The translations under genes and the position numbers were made by a program. The notes below the pieces were generated by a model. The model ran no database searches. It saw only the letters and a program-made list of their open reading frames with translations, and was not told where the DNA came from. Below are positions 42,975 to 53,267 of a DNA stretch of 64,000 nucleotides, piece after piece (the first letter of the stretch is position 1; every line of letters begins with the position of its first letter). Source of the DNA: an uncultured Clostridia bacterium (GTDB lineage Bacteria > Bacillota > Clostridia > Oscillospirales > CAG-272); contig CANRMP010000003.1 of NCBI GenBank assembly GCA_947631765.1, forward strand, positions 77,508 through 141,507. The letters run 5' to 3'.

Positions 42975-43555
42975 AAAAGTCCCTTCGTAGACGGAATTTC
43001 TCCGCCCAGTGTTTTATCCTCGAAAACCGCCTTGCAGAGCGCTCTGCCTGTGGCTTTGAATATTCCCTCGATAATGTGATGCGTGTTTTTGCCTTCAAGC
43101 TGTTTTATGTGAAGCGTTACCTTTGCATGTCTGACAAAAGCAAGCCAAAATTCCTCGACAAGCTCGGTGTCAAATGTTCCGACATGAGCGTTGGGAATCC
43201 TGACGTCAAAATTTAAGTATTCCCTACCGCTTATGTCAACAGAGGAAAGTATCAGCGTTTCGTCCATTGGCAGAACAATGCTTCCGTATCTTGATATTCC
43301 CCGCTTTTCTCCGAGCGCTTTGTCAAACGCGTCCCCGAGCACTATGCCCACATCCTCGACCGTGTGATGATAGTCGACGTTTGTATCTCCCACGCACTTA
43401 ACAGTAAGTCCCATTCTTCCGTGCCTTGCAAAAAGGTCGAGCATATGGTCCATAAAGCCGCATCCTGTGTCAATATTCACCTCTCCCCCCTCAAGACAAA
43501 GGGCAAGAGTTATGTCCGTTTCTTTTGTAGTTCGGTGTATTTCGGCATTTCTCAC
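42971..43555 (-). CDS. hisB: Imidazoleglycerol-phosphate dehydratase
   Basis: RTTKET, DHML, HHTVED, PMDE, NTHH..E..FKA, PSTKG. Confidence 0.97.
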   Translation of the reverse strand: MRNAEIHRTTKETDITLALCLEGGEVNIDTGCGFMDHMLDLFARHGRMGLTVKCVGDTNVDYHHTVEDVGIVLGDAFDKALGEKRGISRYGSIVLPMDETLILSSVDISGREYLNFDVRIPNAHVGTFDTELVEEFWLAFVRHAKVTLHIKQLEGKNTHHIIEGIFKATGRALCKAVFEDKTLGGEIPSTKGLL

Positions 43556-43562
43556 TTTATTT

Positions 43563-44621
43563 TCACCTCAGTATTTCTTTTATGGCAGAGATAAGAGCCT
43601 CCATTTGCTCCATGCTACCTATCGTGATTCTGATATAGTTTTTAATTCTCTCATCCCCCAAATATCTGACAAGTATCCCTTTTTCTTTAAGCCTTAAATA
43701 AAGCTCCCTTCCGGATATTCTGTCACTTGCGGCAAGCAGAAAATTGGCTTTTGAGTTTGTTACATAAAAGCCCATGGAGCGTAGCGCGTGGTAAGTATAT
43801 TCCCTGTTTTTTATTATTTGTTCGGTACAGCTTTTAAAATACTCCCTCTCTTTCATCGCCTCGGTTGCGGCAATTATCGACAGGCGATTTAAATTGTAAG
43901 GATTAAAGGAATATTTCATGGTGCCAAGGTCGCTTATAAGCGAAGAATTTGCAATTGCAAATCCCACTCTCGCACCCGCCAAATTTCTCGATTTTGAGAA
44001 GGTTTGGACTACTATCAAATTGTCGTACTTCCCGATAAGGCTTACCGCGCTTTTGGCGCCGAAATCTATGTAAGCCTCATCTATTATAACAAGTCGGTTC
44101 GGGTTTTGGGCTATAAGTCTTTCTATCTCGTCCCTTTCAAGATAAATTCCGGTCTGTGCGTTGGGGTTTGCAATTATCACATTGTCTGTGACGCTTTTAT
44201 AGTCGTCGATATTTATTTTGAACTCCGAGTCAAGAGGAATTGTCGAGTATTTCACGCCGAACATAGCGGCAAACACCGGATAAAAGCCGTAGGTTATATC
44301 CGGAAAGACCATTCCCTTTTCCCTATCGCAAAAAGCGTTGAAAATAAAGGCGAGTATCTCGTCGGAGCCGTTGCCCACCGCAACATTTTCCTTATTTACT
44401 CCATAGCTTTCGGCAATAGCCTCAACAAGAGAGGAGGCTGTGGGGTCGGAATAAAGATTTAGCTTTGATACCTCATTTGAGTTTAGCGCGGATATCACCA
44501 AAGGTGCGGGAGGAAAGGGGGATTCGTTGGTGTTGAGCTTGATATACTTTTTGTCTTTTGGCTGTTCACCAGGAACATAAGCTTCAAGTCCGGTGAATTT
44601 ATCGGAAAAAAATCTGCTCAA
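43563..44621 (-). CDS. hisC: Histidinol-phosphate aminotransferase
   Basis: YVPGEQP, KLNTNESP, GNGSDE, DEAY.DF, TFSKSR.LAGARVG; TTG start inferred from AAGGAG spacing. Confidence 0.95.
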   Translation of the reverse strand: MSRFFSDKFTGLEAYVPGEQPKDKKYIKLNTNESPFPPAPLVISALNSNEVSKLNLYSDPTASSLVEAIAESYGVNKENVAVGNGSDEILAFIFNAFCDREKGMVFPDITYGFYPVFAAMFGVKYSTIPLDSEFKINIDDYKSVTDNVIIANPNAQTGIYLERDEIERLIAQNPNRLVIIDEAYIDFGAKSAVSLIGKYDNLIVVQTFSKSRNLAGARVGFAIANSSLISDLGTMKYSFNPYNLNRLSIIAATEAMKEREYFKSCTEQIIKNREYTYHALRSMGFYVTNSKANFLLAASDRISGRELYLRLKEKGILVRYLGDERIKNYIRITIGSMEQMEALISAIKEILR

Positions 44622-44633
44622 AAATTTCACTCC

Positions 44634-45920
44634 TTACTTTTTAGCGTTCCGAAATCTTGTCTCGACTGCCTTTGCGTGAGCTTCAAGTCCCTCAGCTCTT
44701 GCAAAGGTTGCAATATCGCCGGCTACCTTTTCAAGGGCGGTATCGGTGTAATACATATATTGGGTCTTTTTCACAAAGTCGTCGACCGAAAGTGCGGAAG
44801 AGAATCTTGCGCCGCCGCCTGTAGGAAGGGTGTGGTTGGGACCTGCAAAATAGTCGCCAAGCGGCTCGGGAGAGTATTTTCCAAGGAATATCGAGCCCGC
44901 GTTTTCGATTTTATCAAGGTAGTCAAACGGATTTTCAACGCACAGTTCAAGGTGCTCGGGCGCAATGCGGTTGGCTATCTCAACTGCCTTGTCTATGCTG
45001 TCGGTTATAATGATTTTGCCGTTTGTATCAATCGAAGCTCTTGCTATCTCTCGCCTCTCAAGTCTTTCTATCTGCTCTTCAAGCTCTTGAGAAACACCGT
45101 AGGCAAGGGCTTTGCTGTTTGTCACAAGCACCGCGCTTGCAAGCTTGTCATGCTCCGCCTGAGAGAGCAGGTCGGACGCCACTTGAACCTTGTCGCAGGT
45201 GCCGTCGGCAATGACAAGTATCTCACTGGGTCCCGCTATCATGTCAATACTCACCATACCAAACACCTGCTTTTTTGCAAGCGCCACGAAAATATTGCCA
45301 GGTCCCACTATCTTGTCAACCTTCGGGACGCTTTCTGTCCCGTACGCAAGAGCGGCTATTGCCTGCGCGCCGCCGCATTTTATCACTGTGTCAACTCCGC
45401 AAAGCTTGGCGGCAACAAGTATTTCGGGCTTTATTTTGCCGCTTCCCTTTAGTGGAGGCGTTGTCATCACTATTCTTTTCACACCCGCAATCTTTGCGGG
45501 AAGCGCGTTCATAAGCACGGTGGAGGGATAACTGGCGGTTCCGCCCGGAACGTAAATGCCCGCTTTTTCTATCGGCGTTATCTTTTGACCGAGTACTATC
45601 CCGTTGTCTTTTTCGATTCTAAAGCCCTGTCTTAGCTGATGCTTGTGGTAAAACTCTATGTTTTCTTTTGCCTTTTCGAGAATTTTTATAAAATCGGAGT
45701 CAACAAGAGAAAACGCCTCCTCAAACTCCTCTTCGCTTACAATCAAAGAACTAAGCTTTGCGCCGTCGAACCTCTCGCAGTATTTATAAAGCGCCGCATC
45801 CCCGTTTTGCGAGACGTCGGCAATTATTTCTTTGACAGTTCCCTCATATTCGGGGTAAGAGGCGATCTCTCGGTTTAGTATTTCACTGCTCTCTATTTCC
45901 TTATCGATTATTTTAATCAT
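44634..45920 (-). CDS. hisD: Histidinol dehydrogenase
   Basis: GIYVPGG, GGAQAIAALAYG, IDMIAGPSE, QAEH, APEHLE, GPNHTLPT. Confidence 0.98.
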   Translation of the reverse strand: MIKIIDKEIESSEILNREIASYPEYEGTVKEIIADVSQNGDAALYKYCERFDGAKLSSLIVSEEEFEEAFSLVDSDFIKILEKAKENIEFYHKHQLRQGFRIEKDNGIVLGQKITPIEKAGIYVPGGTASYPSTVLMNALPAKIAGVKRIVMTTPPLKGSGKIKPEILVAAKLCGVDTVIKCGGAQAIAALAYGTESVPKVDKIVGPGNIFVALAKKQVFGMVSIDMIAGPSEILVIADGTCDKVQVASDLLSQAEHDKLASAVLVTNSKALAYGVSQELEEQIERLERREIARASIDTNGKIIITDSIDKAVEIANRIAPEHLELCVENPFDYLDKIENAGSIFLGKYSPEPLGDYFAGPNHTLPTGGGARFSSALSVDDFVKKTQYMYYTDTALEKVAGDIATFARAEGLEAHAKAVETRFRNAKK

Positions 45921-45934
45921 ATATCGGCTTCCTT

Positions 45935-46561
45935 TCAAACCTCGTTTTTTCTGTTTTTCAGCATACTGACTATCCTGCCTATTTCATCAGCCCTGAAATT
46001 TGAGCTTGCCTTGTTGGCAATAAGCCTTGCGCTTATCGGCAATATGCTCTCTATAACCTCAAGATTGTTTTCTTTAAGCGTGGTACCGGTTTCGACAATA
46101 TCGACAATGACGTCCGACAGTGAGGTGAGCGGGGCTATTTCAATTGAGCCGTAAAGCTTTATTATCTCAATTTCCCGATTTTTTGACATATAGTAGTTTT
46201 TTGCAATATTCGGGAATTTTGTCGCCACTCTCAGCACTCGGTCGGTATCCTCGCGGTAGCCTACGGGAGCCGCAACGCACATTCTGCATTTCCCGAACCC
46301 CAAATCCAAAAGCTCGTAAACGTCGGGCATGGTTTCAAGAATTATATCCTTTCCGGCAACTCCGATATCCGCCGCGCCGTACTCAACGTATATTGTGACG
46401 TCCGAGGGCTTGACAAGCAGATAGCGCACGTTGTTTTTCTTGTTTTCGAATATCAGCTTTCGATTGTCTTCAAGAATCTCGGGACACTCGTAACCGATGT
46501 CTGCAAGCATATCATATACTTTCATCCCAAGTCTGCCCTTCGGCAGTGCAATATTCAACAT
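45935..46561 (-). CDS. hisG: ATP phosphoribosyltransferase, short form
   Basis: IALPKGRL, ATKFPN, DIVETGTTLKENNL; 208 aa. Confidence 0.97.
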   Translation of the reverse strand: MLNIALPKGRLGMKVYDMLADIGYECPEILEDNRKLIFENKKNNVRYLLVKPSDVTIYVEYGAADIGVAGKDIILETMPDVYELLDLGFGKCRMCVAAPVGYREDTDRVLRVATKFPNIAKNYYMSKNREIEIIKLYGSIEIAPLTSLSDVIVDIVETGTTLKENNLEVIESILPISARLIANKASSNFRADEIGRIVSMLKNRKNEV

Positions 46562-46583
46562 TTTTAATTATCCTTTCAAGTTT

Positions 46584-47657
46584 TCAGTCAGAGTCCACCC
46601 TTATTATCTCGCGGCATCGAATGCCCTCGGGAACGCTTTTTTCAATTCGAACGCTCATTCCGGTGCTTCTCATGCTTTCGGCAAGCCTCAGCGCCTTTTT
46701 TACCGCCTCTTCGCTGTCGTAGAGTAAAAGAGCGTCAACGTCGTATTCGGGATTTTCACCGTAATAAGCGTCAAGCTCGTCAAGAGAGAGGGCAAACCCC
46801 ACAGCGCAGGTTTTTGAAAATTTTTGAGCCATTCTGTTGTAAAATCCGCCTGTAAGTATAGCGCGCGGAATCTTTTTTACGTACCCGCAAAACACGGGGC
46901 CATTGTAGTAAGAAATGTCGTTCATAAGCGTAAAGTCAACCTTCACCTTTTCGGGCATAGCAGACTCGCTTGTCATACTTTTTATATTCATCAGCGCTTT
47001 TTCCATTCTTTGATTTAAAACAAGCGCCTTTGCCTTCTCGAATATTTCGCCATTGGTTCCCGAAAACATGATAAGCGAAGAGAACTCCGCGGCGTATTCT
47101 TCCTTAACGCCGCACGCAGTAAGCTCCAAATAAAGCTCATGCGCATTTTTGCTTTTAATAAAGGACATTACCCTCTCGGTTGCCCCTTCGTCCATGCCTT
47201 TTACCGTTTCAAGAAATCCGAGGACGTATTCCATATCGGATACGCAAAGAATATAGTCCGGGTCGACGGCTTCAAGGCTTTTTTTGGCAAGCTCGCAGAC
47301 CTCAAGCAGTGTCGCTGTGCCGACAGAGTCGACAGCCTCGATTCCAAGCTGCTCTATTTCCACATACTGCATACTGCGCTTATCAAGCCGGCATACGTTT
47401 TCCCTGTAATAGACCTTTTGCGCGCCCTTTTTATTTTTTGCATTCTTTAGAATCGAAAGGGTTATATCGGGTCTTAATGCCATCAGCTTTCCGCCCGGGT
47501 CGTTAAATGTCAAAATATGCTCGCTTGTGAGAAAATTTTTATTTTCAAGGTAAAGTGAGTATTCTTCAAACTTTCGCATTAAGAATTTGTCATATCCGTA
47601 GCTCTCATAAAGGGAGCCGAGCTCAAGATAGGTCTGCTCGCTTTTAGTAAGTTTCAT
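46584..47657 (-). CDS. hisZ: ATP phosphoribosyltransferase regulatory subunit
   Basis: HisRS-like ALRPDITL, EQLGIE, YYNG..F, GG.Y, AVGFA; precedes short hisG. Confidence 0.9.
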   Translation of the reverse strand: MKLTKSEQTYLELGSLYESYGYDKFLMRKFEEYSLYLENKNFLTSEHILTFNDPGGKLMALRPDITLSILKNAKNKKGAQKVYYRENVCRLDKRSMQYVEIEQLGIEAVDSVGTATLLEVCELAKKSLEAVDPDYILCVSDMEYVLGFLETVKGMDEGATERVMSFIKSKNAHELYLELTACGVKEEYAAEFSSLIMFSGTNGEIFEKAKALVLNQRMEKALMNIKSMTSESAMPEKVKVDFTLMNDISYYNGPVFCGYVKKIPRAILTGGFYNRMAQKFSKTCAVGFALSLDELDAYYGENPEYDVDALLLYDSEEAVKKALRLAESMRSTGMSVRIEKSVPEGIRCREIIRVDSD

Positions 47658-47959
47658 TATTGTTGTCCTTTCCCGTCAAGGTAACGTTTGAGCAGTCTGT
47701 TATACCCGCCGCTTCCGTACTGAATACACCTTGACACACGACTTAAAGTGGCGCTTGATATTTCTGTGCTTGAGGTTATTTGCGTGTAGGTTTTCCCGTC
47801 AAGTAATAGCTCGGCGCCGCAAAGCCGCTGTGCCATCTGCTCAATTTCCTTATATGTGCAAAGATCCTCGAAAAAAATTCCGAACTCCTCCTCGCTTGTA
47901 AGTGAGGCAAGCACCTTGTAAAGCTCGCTAATATGCTCACTGCCGTGATGGACTTCCAT
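47657..47959 (-). CDS. YerC/YecD TrpR-like repressor (probable HisR)
   Basis: FFEDLCT.KEI..MAQR, TY..I, S.AT.SRV.RC..YGSGGY; first gene of the his operon; start uncertain. Confidence 0.88.
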   Translation of the reverse strand: MEVHHGSEHISELYKVLASLTSEEEFGIFFEDLCTYKEIEQMAQRLCGAELLLDGKTYTQITSSTEISSATLSRVSRCIQYGSGGYNRLLKRYLDGKGQQ

Positions 47960-47990
47960 ATACATCTTTCCTTTCAGCATTAATTCTTTT

Positions 47991-48042
47991 CACTTTAGTG
48001 GTATTATACACTATTGCATTAGAGTTGTAAAGTGCTAAAGTG
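47991..48042 (-). promoter_or_regulatory. his operon promoter with probable HisR operator half-sites
   Basis: TTTACA-17-TATAAT (48031..48003); CACTTTA at 47991, TAAAGTG at 48028 and 48036. Confidence 0.7.
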
Positions 48043-48044
48043 TG

Positions 48045-48077
48045 TATTAAACGGTATTACCATAATACCGTTTAATA
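48045..48077. terminator. Hairpin downstream of the ADH gene
   Basis: TATTAAACGGTATTA/TAATACCGTTTAATA. Confidence 0.6.
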
Positions 48078-48130
48078 GAGAATAATATTATTATGTTTCC
48101 GTTTATATCTGCAATTTATTGCAAATACGG

Positions 48131-49312
48131 TTATTTTCTGAGCGCAAGCTTATAAATATTTTCGGCGTCCTTTTCGTCAAGGTGGACGAATCCGCCTGTT
48201 TTTCCTCCGTTTAGCCCGAGGGTTTTCACAAGATAGGGTATGTCTTTTTCATCGGCTCCCAGTTCTTGCATCGTTGTGGGCATACCGATAGATTTAAGGA
48301 ACGCACGAAAGGCGGCAATTCCCGCCTTTGCCGTGCTTTCCGGATTGTCAAAATCCATGGGACAGCCCCAAACGCGCACCGCAACCTTGCAAAATCTCAT
48401 GATATCGTGGCGGTAAACGTATTCCATCCAAGCCGGCATAATTACCGCAAGTCCCGCGCCGTGAGCGCAGTCGGTAAGCGCCGATATCTCATGCTCCAGC
48501 CAGTGAGAGTTCCAGTCCTGTTCCCTGCCCACGCCGCAAATATCATTATGCGCAACCATTCCTGCCCACATAATATTTGCTCTTGCCTCATAGTCGTCGG
48601 GGGTTTTGATAACCTTCGGCGTTTCGTGAATCATTGCCATAAGCAGCGCTTCGCAGATGCGGTCGGTGGTTTCAACGTTTTCGGTGTTTGTAAAATATCT
48701 TTCAAAGACATGCGCCATAATGTCGGTGGCTCCGCAGGCGGTCTGATATGCCGGCAGAGTTTGGGTAAGCGCGGGATTTAAAATTGAGAATTTGGGGCGT
48801 AGGCAGTCACCGCCCGTTGCGCGTTTTAACATTCCCTCTTCCTTTGTTATAACGCTGTCCGAGCTTCCCTCACTGCCCGCCGCGGCAATTGTCAAAATTG
48901 TGCCGACAGGCAGCGCCGTGGCGTTTGCTATACGCGACTTGTCCTCATAAAAGTCCCAAAAGTCACCCTCATACAGCGTGCCGAGCGCTATTGCCTTTGA
49001 AGAATCGATAACGCTTCCTCCGCCGACGGCTAAAACAAAGTCTATTTTTTCTTTTCTGCAAAGCTCAATACCCTTGTATACAAGTCCGCTTGTGGGGTTG
49101 GGCTTCACCCCTCCCAAAGTTACATAATAAATTCCGTCATCGTCAAGCGCGCTCTTCACCCTCTCAAGCAGTCCGCTTTTTACAACCGAGCCTCCGCCGT
49201 AGTGAATCAGCACACGACTGCCTCCGAATTTATGCACATATTCCCCGACCTGTTTTTCCGTATCCTTTCCGAAAACAAAGTATGTAGGACTGTAAAATTT
49301 AAAATTGTTCAT
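48131..49312 (-). CDS. Iron-containing alcohol dehydrogenase (BdhA/YqhD-like)
   Basis: GGGSV, GVKPNP, AVGGGSVIDSSK, D...H, H.LEH, HGAGLA. Confidence 0.93.
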   Translation of the reverse strand: MNNFKFYSPTYFVFGKDTEKQVGEYVHKFGGSRVLIHYGGGSVVKSGLLERVKSALDDDGIYYVTLGGVKPNPTSGLVYKGIELCRKEKIDFVLAVGGGSVIDSSKAIALGTLYEGDFWDFYEDKSRIANATALPVGTILTIAAAGSEGSSDSVITKEEGMLKRATGGDCLRPKFSILNPALTQTLPAYQTACGATDIMAHVFERYFTNTENVETTDRICEALLMAMIHETPKVIKTPDDYEARANIMWAGMVAHNDICGVGREQDWNSHWLEHEISALTDCAHGAGLAVIMPAWMEYVYRHDIMRFCKVAVRVWGCPMDFDNPESTAKAGIAAFRAFLKSIGMPTTMQELGADEKDIPYLVKTLGLNGGKTGGFVHLDEKDAENIYKLALRK

Positions 49313-49617
49313 TTCTCTCCCGCCGTGACCTTAACATGTCATGGCTTCCTTTCTTTTTAATATTTAATTTACTGCGGCAAGCCGCGAATCTACTTGCTGT
49401 TTGTGCTGTTTTTGCTCATTTTAAGAGCCGGCGCTACAGTAAATATTATATCATATTTTTTTACTTTTTCAAGTCCGATGCAAAACTTTTGCCGAAACGA
49501 TGTGAGATAATGTCCGTTTTATCCGAGTTTTTTTAATTTTATCTGTTGCGGAAGGCTGAATTTTATGATACAATGATACAAAAGAACGCCCTATTAATAT
49601 AAAAAAGGAGCCTCCAA

Positions 49618-52437
49618 ATGAAAAACTCTCGCTTTACTTGCATTGTCTCGCTTCTTCTTGCGCTGACTCTTCTTATTTGCAGCGGCACTTCGTGCAAATC
49701 AAAAAAAGAGGGGACTACGACGACCGGCGAAAACGAAAACGAAATAGAAAAAGACGACGGCAGTGCGCTTGCCACAACAAGATACGAATTTGACGCCGAC
49801 GAATATAATAAAAGCTCGGGCGGCACTGACGAGCTGCTTGGGACAATATCCTCCGCAAACGGGCTTTTGTGGTATAAATTTGACGAAGCGCCGGGAGCCA
49901 CAGTCCTTTACTCATCGCTTTCAAGTCCACGTGACAGTACGGGAATGAAGGGAGTAAAGCTTATTAAAGACGGCGGAGTTGACGGCGGTGCAATAAGCTT
50001 TGACGGCAAGAGCAGCGTGCGTCTTAACAACCCCTTCACCTCAACCTCGCAGATCACCGACTCGACCTTTCTGCACCCCGCGTATTCTGCGCTGAGCGTC
50101 GCATTCTATATTAAGCCCTCCTCCTTTGAATCAAATCAGCTGATTTACGAGCAGGGCGACTCAAATTGCGGACTTGCCGTGGGAATAGCAGACGGCAAAA
50201 TCAAAGCCGCAATAGGAGCCGCAAACAGCAAAGCCGCGCAAGGCAAGGTTACAACCCTTGAATGTGAGGTTGACCCCTCAAACGCGGAAAAATGGCTCCA
50301 TGTTGCCCTGACTTTTGACGGTCTTGACGAGGGCGGAACTTTTTCTCTCTATATTGACGGCGTGCAAAATGCCAAAACTACAGGGGTCGGGCAGTATATT
50401 CCGCAGACAATTGACCCTGCGGGGCTGGGTTCCGTTGAGTTTGGCACAAACACCCTCTCTCTTACCGGAAGCAGTAATTACAGCGGTCTTATGGACGATC
50501 TCAGAATTTACAGCATCTGCCTTACCTATTCGGGAGAGCTTGAAGAGAACGCCGTCTTTTTGCAGAGTGCCGCCGCGAAGAATTACTATATAAAAGCCGG
50601 AACAACTCCCACAATAAGCGCCATGGTCGAAGCAAATCTGCGCGGCTTTGTGCTGACATACGGTCTCTCTGACAGGGAGGGCTACTCCTTTAGGCAAACA
50701 GGCACATCAAATTTCATTATAAACGACAACGGCACGCTGACAATAGGCAAGGCAGACACCGACAGCTTGAAGAATGGCGCGACCTTTTACATGGAGGATG
50801 CCCTCATTTACCCCTCATGGAGCGGCAGTCAAAGAGGCGCATTTCGTTCATATAAATCCGCCGCAGACGGCTTATACCTTGCAAATAAGAGCGGAAAATT
50901 AACGCTCTGTACCCCGTCCGAAAATAATCTTCTAAGCTGTGTTTTCAAGGTCACCGGAGACCAGACAAAGGTCATATCCGGACTTAAGGGCGCGGTTTAT
51001 TACCCCTCCTACGCCCTTAACGCACCGCAATTTTGGAAATGGTACGACCATGAAATCATCGACCGCGATATGGGATACGCAACCGATATTCTCGGAGTTA
51101 ACGCTTTTCGCATTTGGGTCTCGTATGAATATTGGCTTGAGGACTCTGAGCACTTTGACGCGGCGTTTCGTGATTTTCTCGACCTTGCAGAGTCACACGG
51201 AATTGTTATCATGGTTTCGCTCTTTGAGGGCTGCGGCAACAGCTATAATTATAACAGCTCCATTACATGGAGCCGAGAGTACACGGGCACAAAGGCAAGC
51301 TGGTCTGTCACCTCGCCCTCGGCGGAAATATATAACACAAGAAGCCGTTGGAACGAGCCGAAGCGCTTTGTCACCTATTTTATTGAGAATTTCGGCGACG
51401 ATAACCGCCTTATGGCAATTGAAACCTACAACGAACCCTGGGGCTCCCGCTCTTCCCTTGCAATGTACCTTACCGATTACGCCGTGTCAATTCAAAAAAG
51501 CGTTCCGCTGACTATCGGCTCGGCACCCGCAGATCCTATAAATATTGTCTATTCTGTTGAAGCGGGAATGGATATGATTCATTATCATGACAATTTCCCG
51601 TCAAGCGCCGACGGATTTTACAATAACGCCAAAACTCGAATAGATCAGGGCGCGCTTGCAAACCTTCCGGTATACTGCACCGAGGTTCAGTGGGTCGGCG
51701 GTCCGCAGAATATAAACTATCCGGTATATTCAAATCTTGCTCCCACCTGCGAAAGGCTGATGAAAAGCGGCAACTGGGCCCCCTTCTATTGGACTCTGAT
51801 GGTACACCCCTGCTACCTTGACTCGTACAGAAACAGTTTTAAGATGTTTAACGGAATAATAAACGAGGACGGAAGCGTTTACAGCTCAGCAAACGCAAAC
51901 GCGATAAAAGGCTCCTCGTGCGGGGCAAAGCAGAAGGCTATAAGCCCGTATAACGACGGTTCGTATTCATACCGTTACAATTTCAGCGACAGCTTTTTCG
52001 ATCTGCACGCATATAAATGGACGTTTAACAGTGCAAGCTTTTCCGCCTCGACCGGCAGTCTTTGCGGGAGCGGTCTGTGCTTTGCAAATAGCACTGACTT
52101 TGACGACCTTGAAGCGACGCTTGAAATAGAGGGCAGCGGAGGACTTGTAATTAGGGCAAAGGACAAAGACAATTACTATCTTGCAAGTCTTGAAAACGGC
52201 AAGCTCGCAATATACAAAATAAAGGACGGCTCAAAGGAGCTGCTTTCAAGCACCTCTGTTAAGTCTGCAAAAGATGCGGTAACGATATGTGTAATTGCAG
52301 AAGGGGCAAGCATTACGCTTAAAACCGACAGCGGCGAGGTGAAGGCGAGCGATAATGAATTTACAAGTGGTCTTATCGGTCTTTACTCGGAAACTGACGC
52401 TGCCTTTGACAATATCAGCATACACTCAGTTAAATAA
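49618..52437 (+). CDS. Multidomain lipoprotein: LamG + AbfB/CBM42-like + GH5-like catalytic + C-terminal beta-sandwich
   Basis: Lipobox GTSC; WLHVALTFD..LYIDG..GLMDDLRIYS; GLSD..GYSF..ATF; YNEP acid/base and VYCTE nucleophile motifs. Confidence 0.75.
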   Translation: MKNSRFTCIVSLLLALTLLICSGTSCKSKKEGTTTTGENENEIEKDDGSALATTRYEFDADEYNKSSGGTDELLGTISSANGLLWYKFDEAPGATVLYSSLSSPRDSTGMKGVKLIKDGGVDGGAISFDGKSSVRLNNPFTSTSQITDSTFLHPAYSALSVAFYIKPSSFESNQLIYEQGDSNCGLAVGIADGKIKAAIGAANSKAAQGKVTTLECEVDPSNAEKWLHVALTFDGLDEGGTFSLYIDGVQNAKTTGVGQYIPQTIDPAGLGSVEFGTNTLSLTGSSNYSGLMDDLRIYSICLTYSGELEENAVFLQSAAAKNYYIKAGTTPTISAMVEANLRGFVLTYGLSDREGYSFRQTGTSNFIINDNGTLTIGKADTDSLKNGATFYMEDALIYPSWSGSQRGAFRSYKSAADGLYLANKSGKLTLCTPSENNLLSCVFKVTGDQTKVISGLKGAVYYPSYALNAPQFWKWYDHEIIDRDMGYATDILGVNAFRIWVSYEYWLEDSEHFDAAFRDFLDLAESHGIVIMVSLFEGCGNSYNYNSSITWSREYTGTKASWSVTSPSAEIYNTRSRWNEPKRFVTYFIENFGDDNRLMAIETYNEPWGSRSSLAMYLTDYAVSIQKSVPLTIGSAPADPINIVYSVEAGMDMIHYHDNFPSSADGFYNNAKTRIDQGALANLPVYCTEVQWVGGPQNINYPVYSNLAPTCERLMKSGNWAPFYWTLMVHPCYLDSYRNSFKMFNGIINEDGSVYSSANANAIKGSSCGAKQKAISPYNDGSYSYRYNFSDSFFDLHAYKWTFNSASFSASTGSLCGSGLCFANSTDFDDLEATLEIEGSGGLVIRAKDKDNYYLASLENGKLAIYKIKDGSKELLSSTSVKSAKDAVTICVIAEGASITLKTDSGEVKASDNEFTSGLIGLYSETDAAFDNISIHSVK

Positions 52438-52505
52438 AAAAGCTTTAAAATAAACTAAAAATGCAAAAGGAGCCGCAAAGGTGATCTTTTGCATTTTTGC
52501 TTTAT

Positions 52506-53249
52506 TTAATTATTTTCTTCAATTTGCCGACCCTTGCGGTACACTCTGCCAAGGCAAAGCACAAAAATGCTTCTTGCTCCCATGGTTTTTAGTATCTCGG
52601 CGCAAGCGGAAACGCTGGCTCCGGTGGTCATAACATCGTCATAAATTATTACATTTCGTGAATTTATGGCAAGCAGCGCCTTCGGCTCCGCTTCATAGGA
52701 CAGGCGGGCGTTTTCCGAACGCTCCTCAAAATCAAGGCTTTTCTGCTCGCCGCCTCCCACTCTCTTAATTGCATTTACAAATTCGATATCAAGTCTTTTT
52801 GCAAGCTCCTTAGCGCAAAGGAGCGACTGATCCACTCCTGTTTTTAAAACCTTTTCCCTCTTTCTCGGGACATAAGTAATGACCGTGTTTTTAAAGCTTT
52901 TAAGATGTGCGCGAAGCACCTCTTCAAGCTCACATACGGCAAGACTGTAAACCGATTTATAGTTATGGTCCTTGCATGAAAGTATAATAGAACGTACCAC
53001 GCTGTCGCATGTCGGATCGTATTCGGCAACGTGAAAGGTCTTTTTTATCTTTTGACTTGCCCTGTGAGGCACGCATTCGCACTCCTCAGAGGCTTTAAAG
53101 CAATCCTTGCAAACCCATTTCTTTTCAGCCTCCCAAAGAGCGCGACATGTCGGGCATAACGCGCTCTCGTCCCTAAAGTCGAGCAGTTTTTCGCAGTGAA
53201 CGCAAAAAGGAGGAAAGAGAAGCCCGAGAATTTTATTAATATTATTCAA
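52506..53249 (-). CDS. comF: ComF family protein (zinc ribbon + PRTase)
   Basis: LLFPPFCVHC, CPTC, VP..R...G.DQS, DDVMTTGAS. Confidence 0.85.
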   Translation of the reverse strand: MNNINKILGLLFPPFCVHCEKLLDFRDESALCPTCRALWEAEKKWVCKDCFKASEECECVPHRASQKIKKTFHVAEYDPTCDSVVRSIILSCKDHNYKSVYSLAVCELEEVLRAHLKSFKNTVITYVPRKREKVLKTGVDQSLLCAKELAKRLDIEFVNAIKRVGGGEQKSLDFEERSENARLSYEAEPKALLAINSRNVIIYDDVMTTGASVSACAEILKTMGARSIFVLCLGRVYRKGRQIEENN

Positions 53250-53267
53250 TTCGCACTCCGGTTTATA

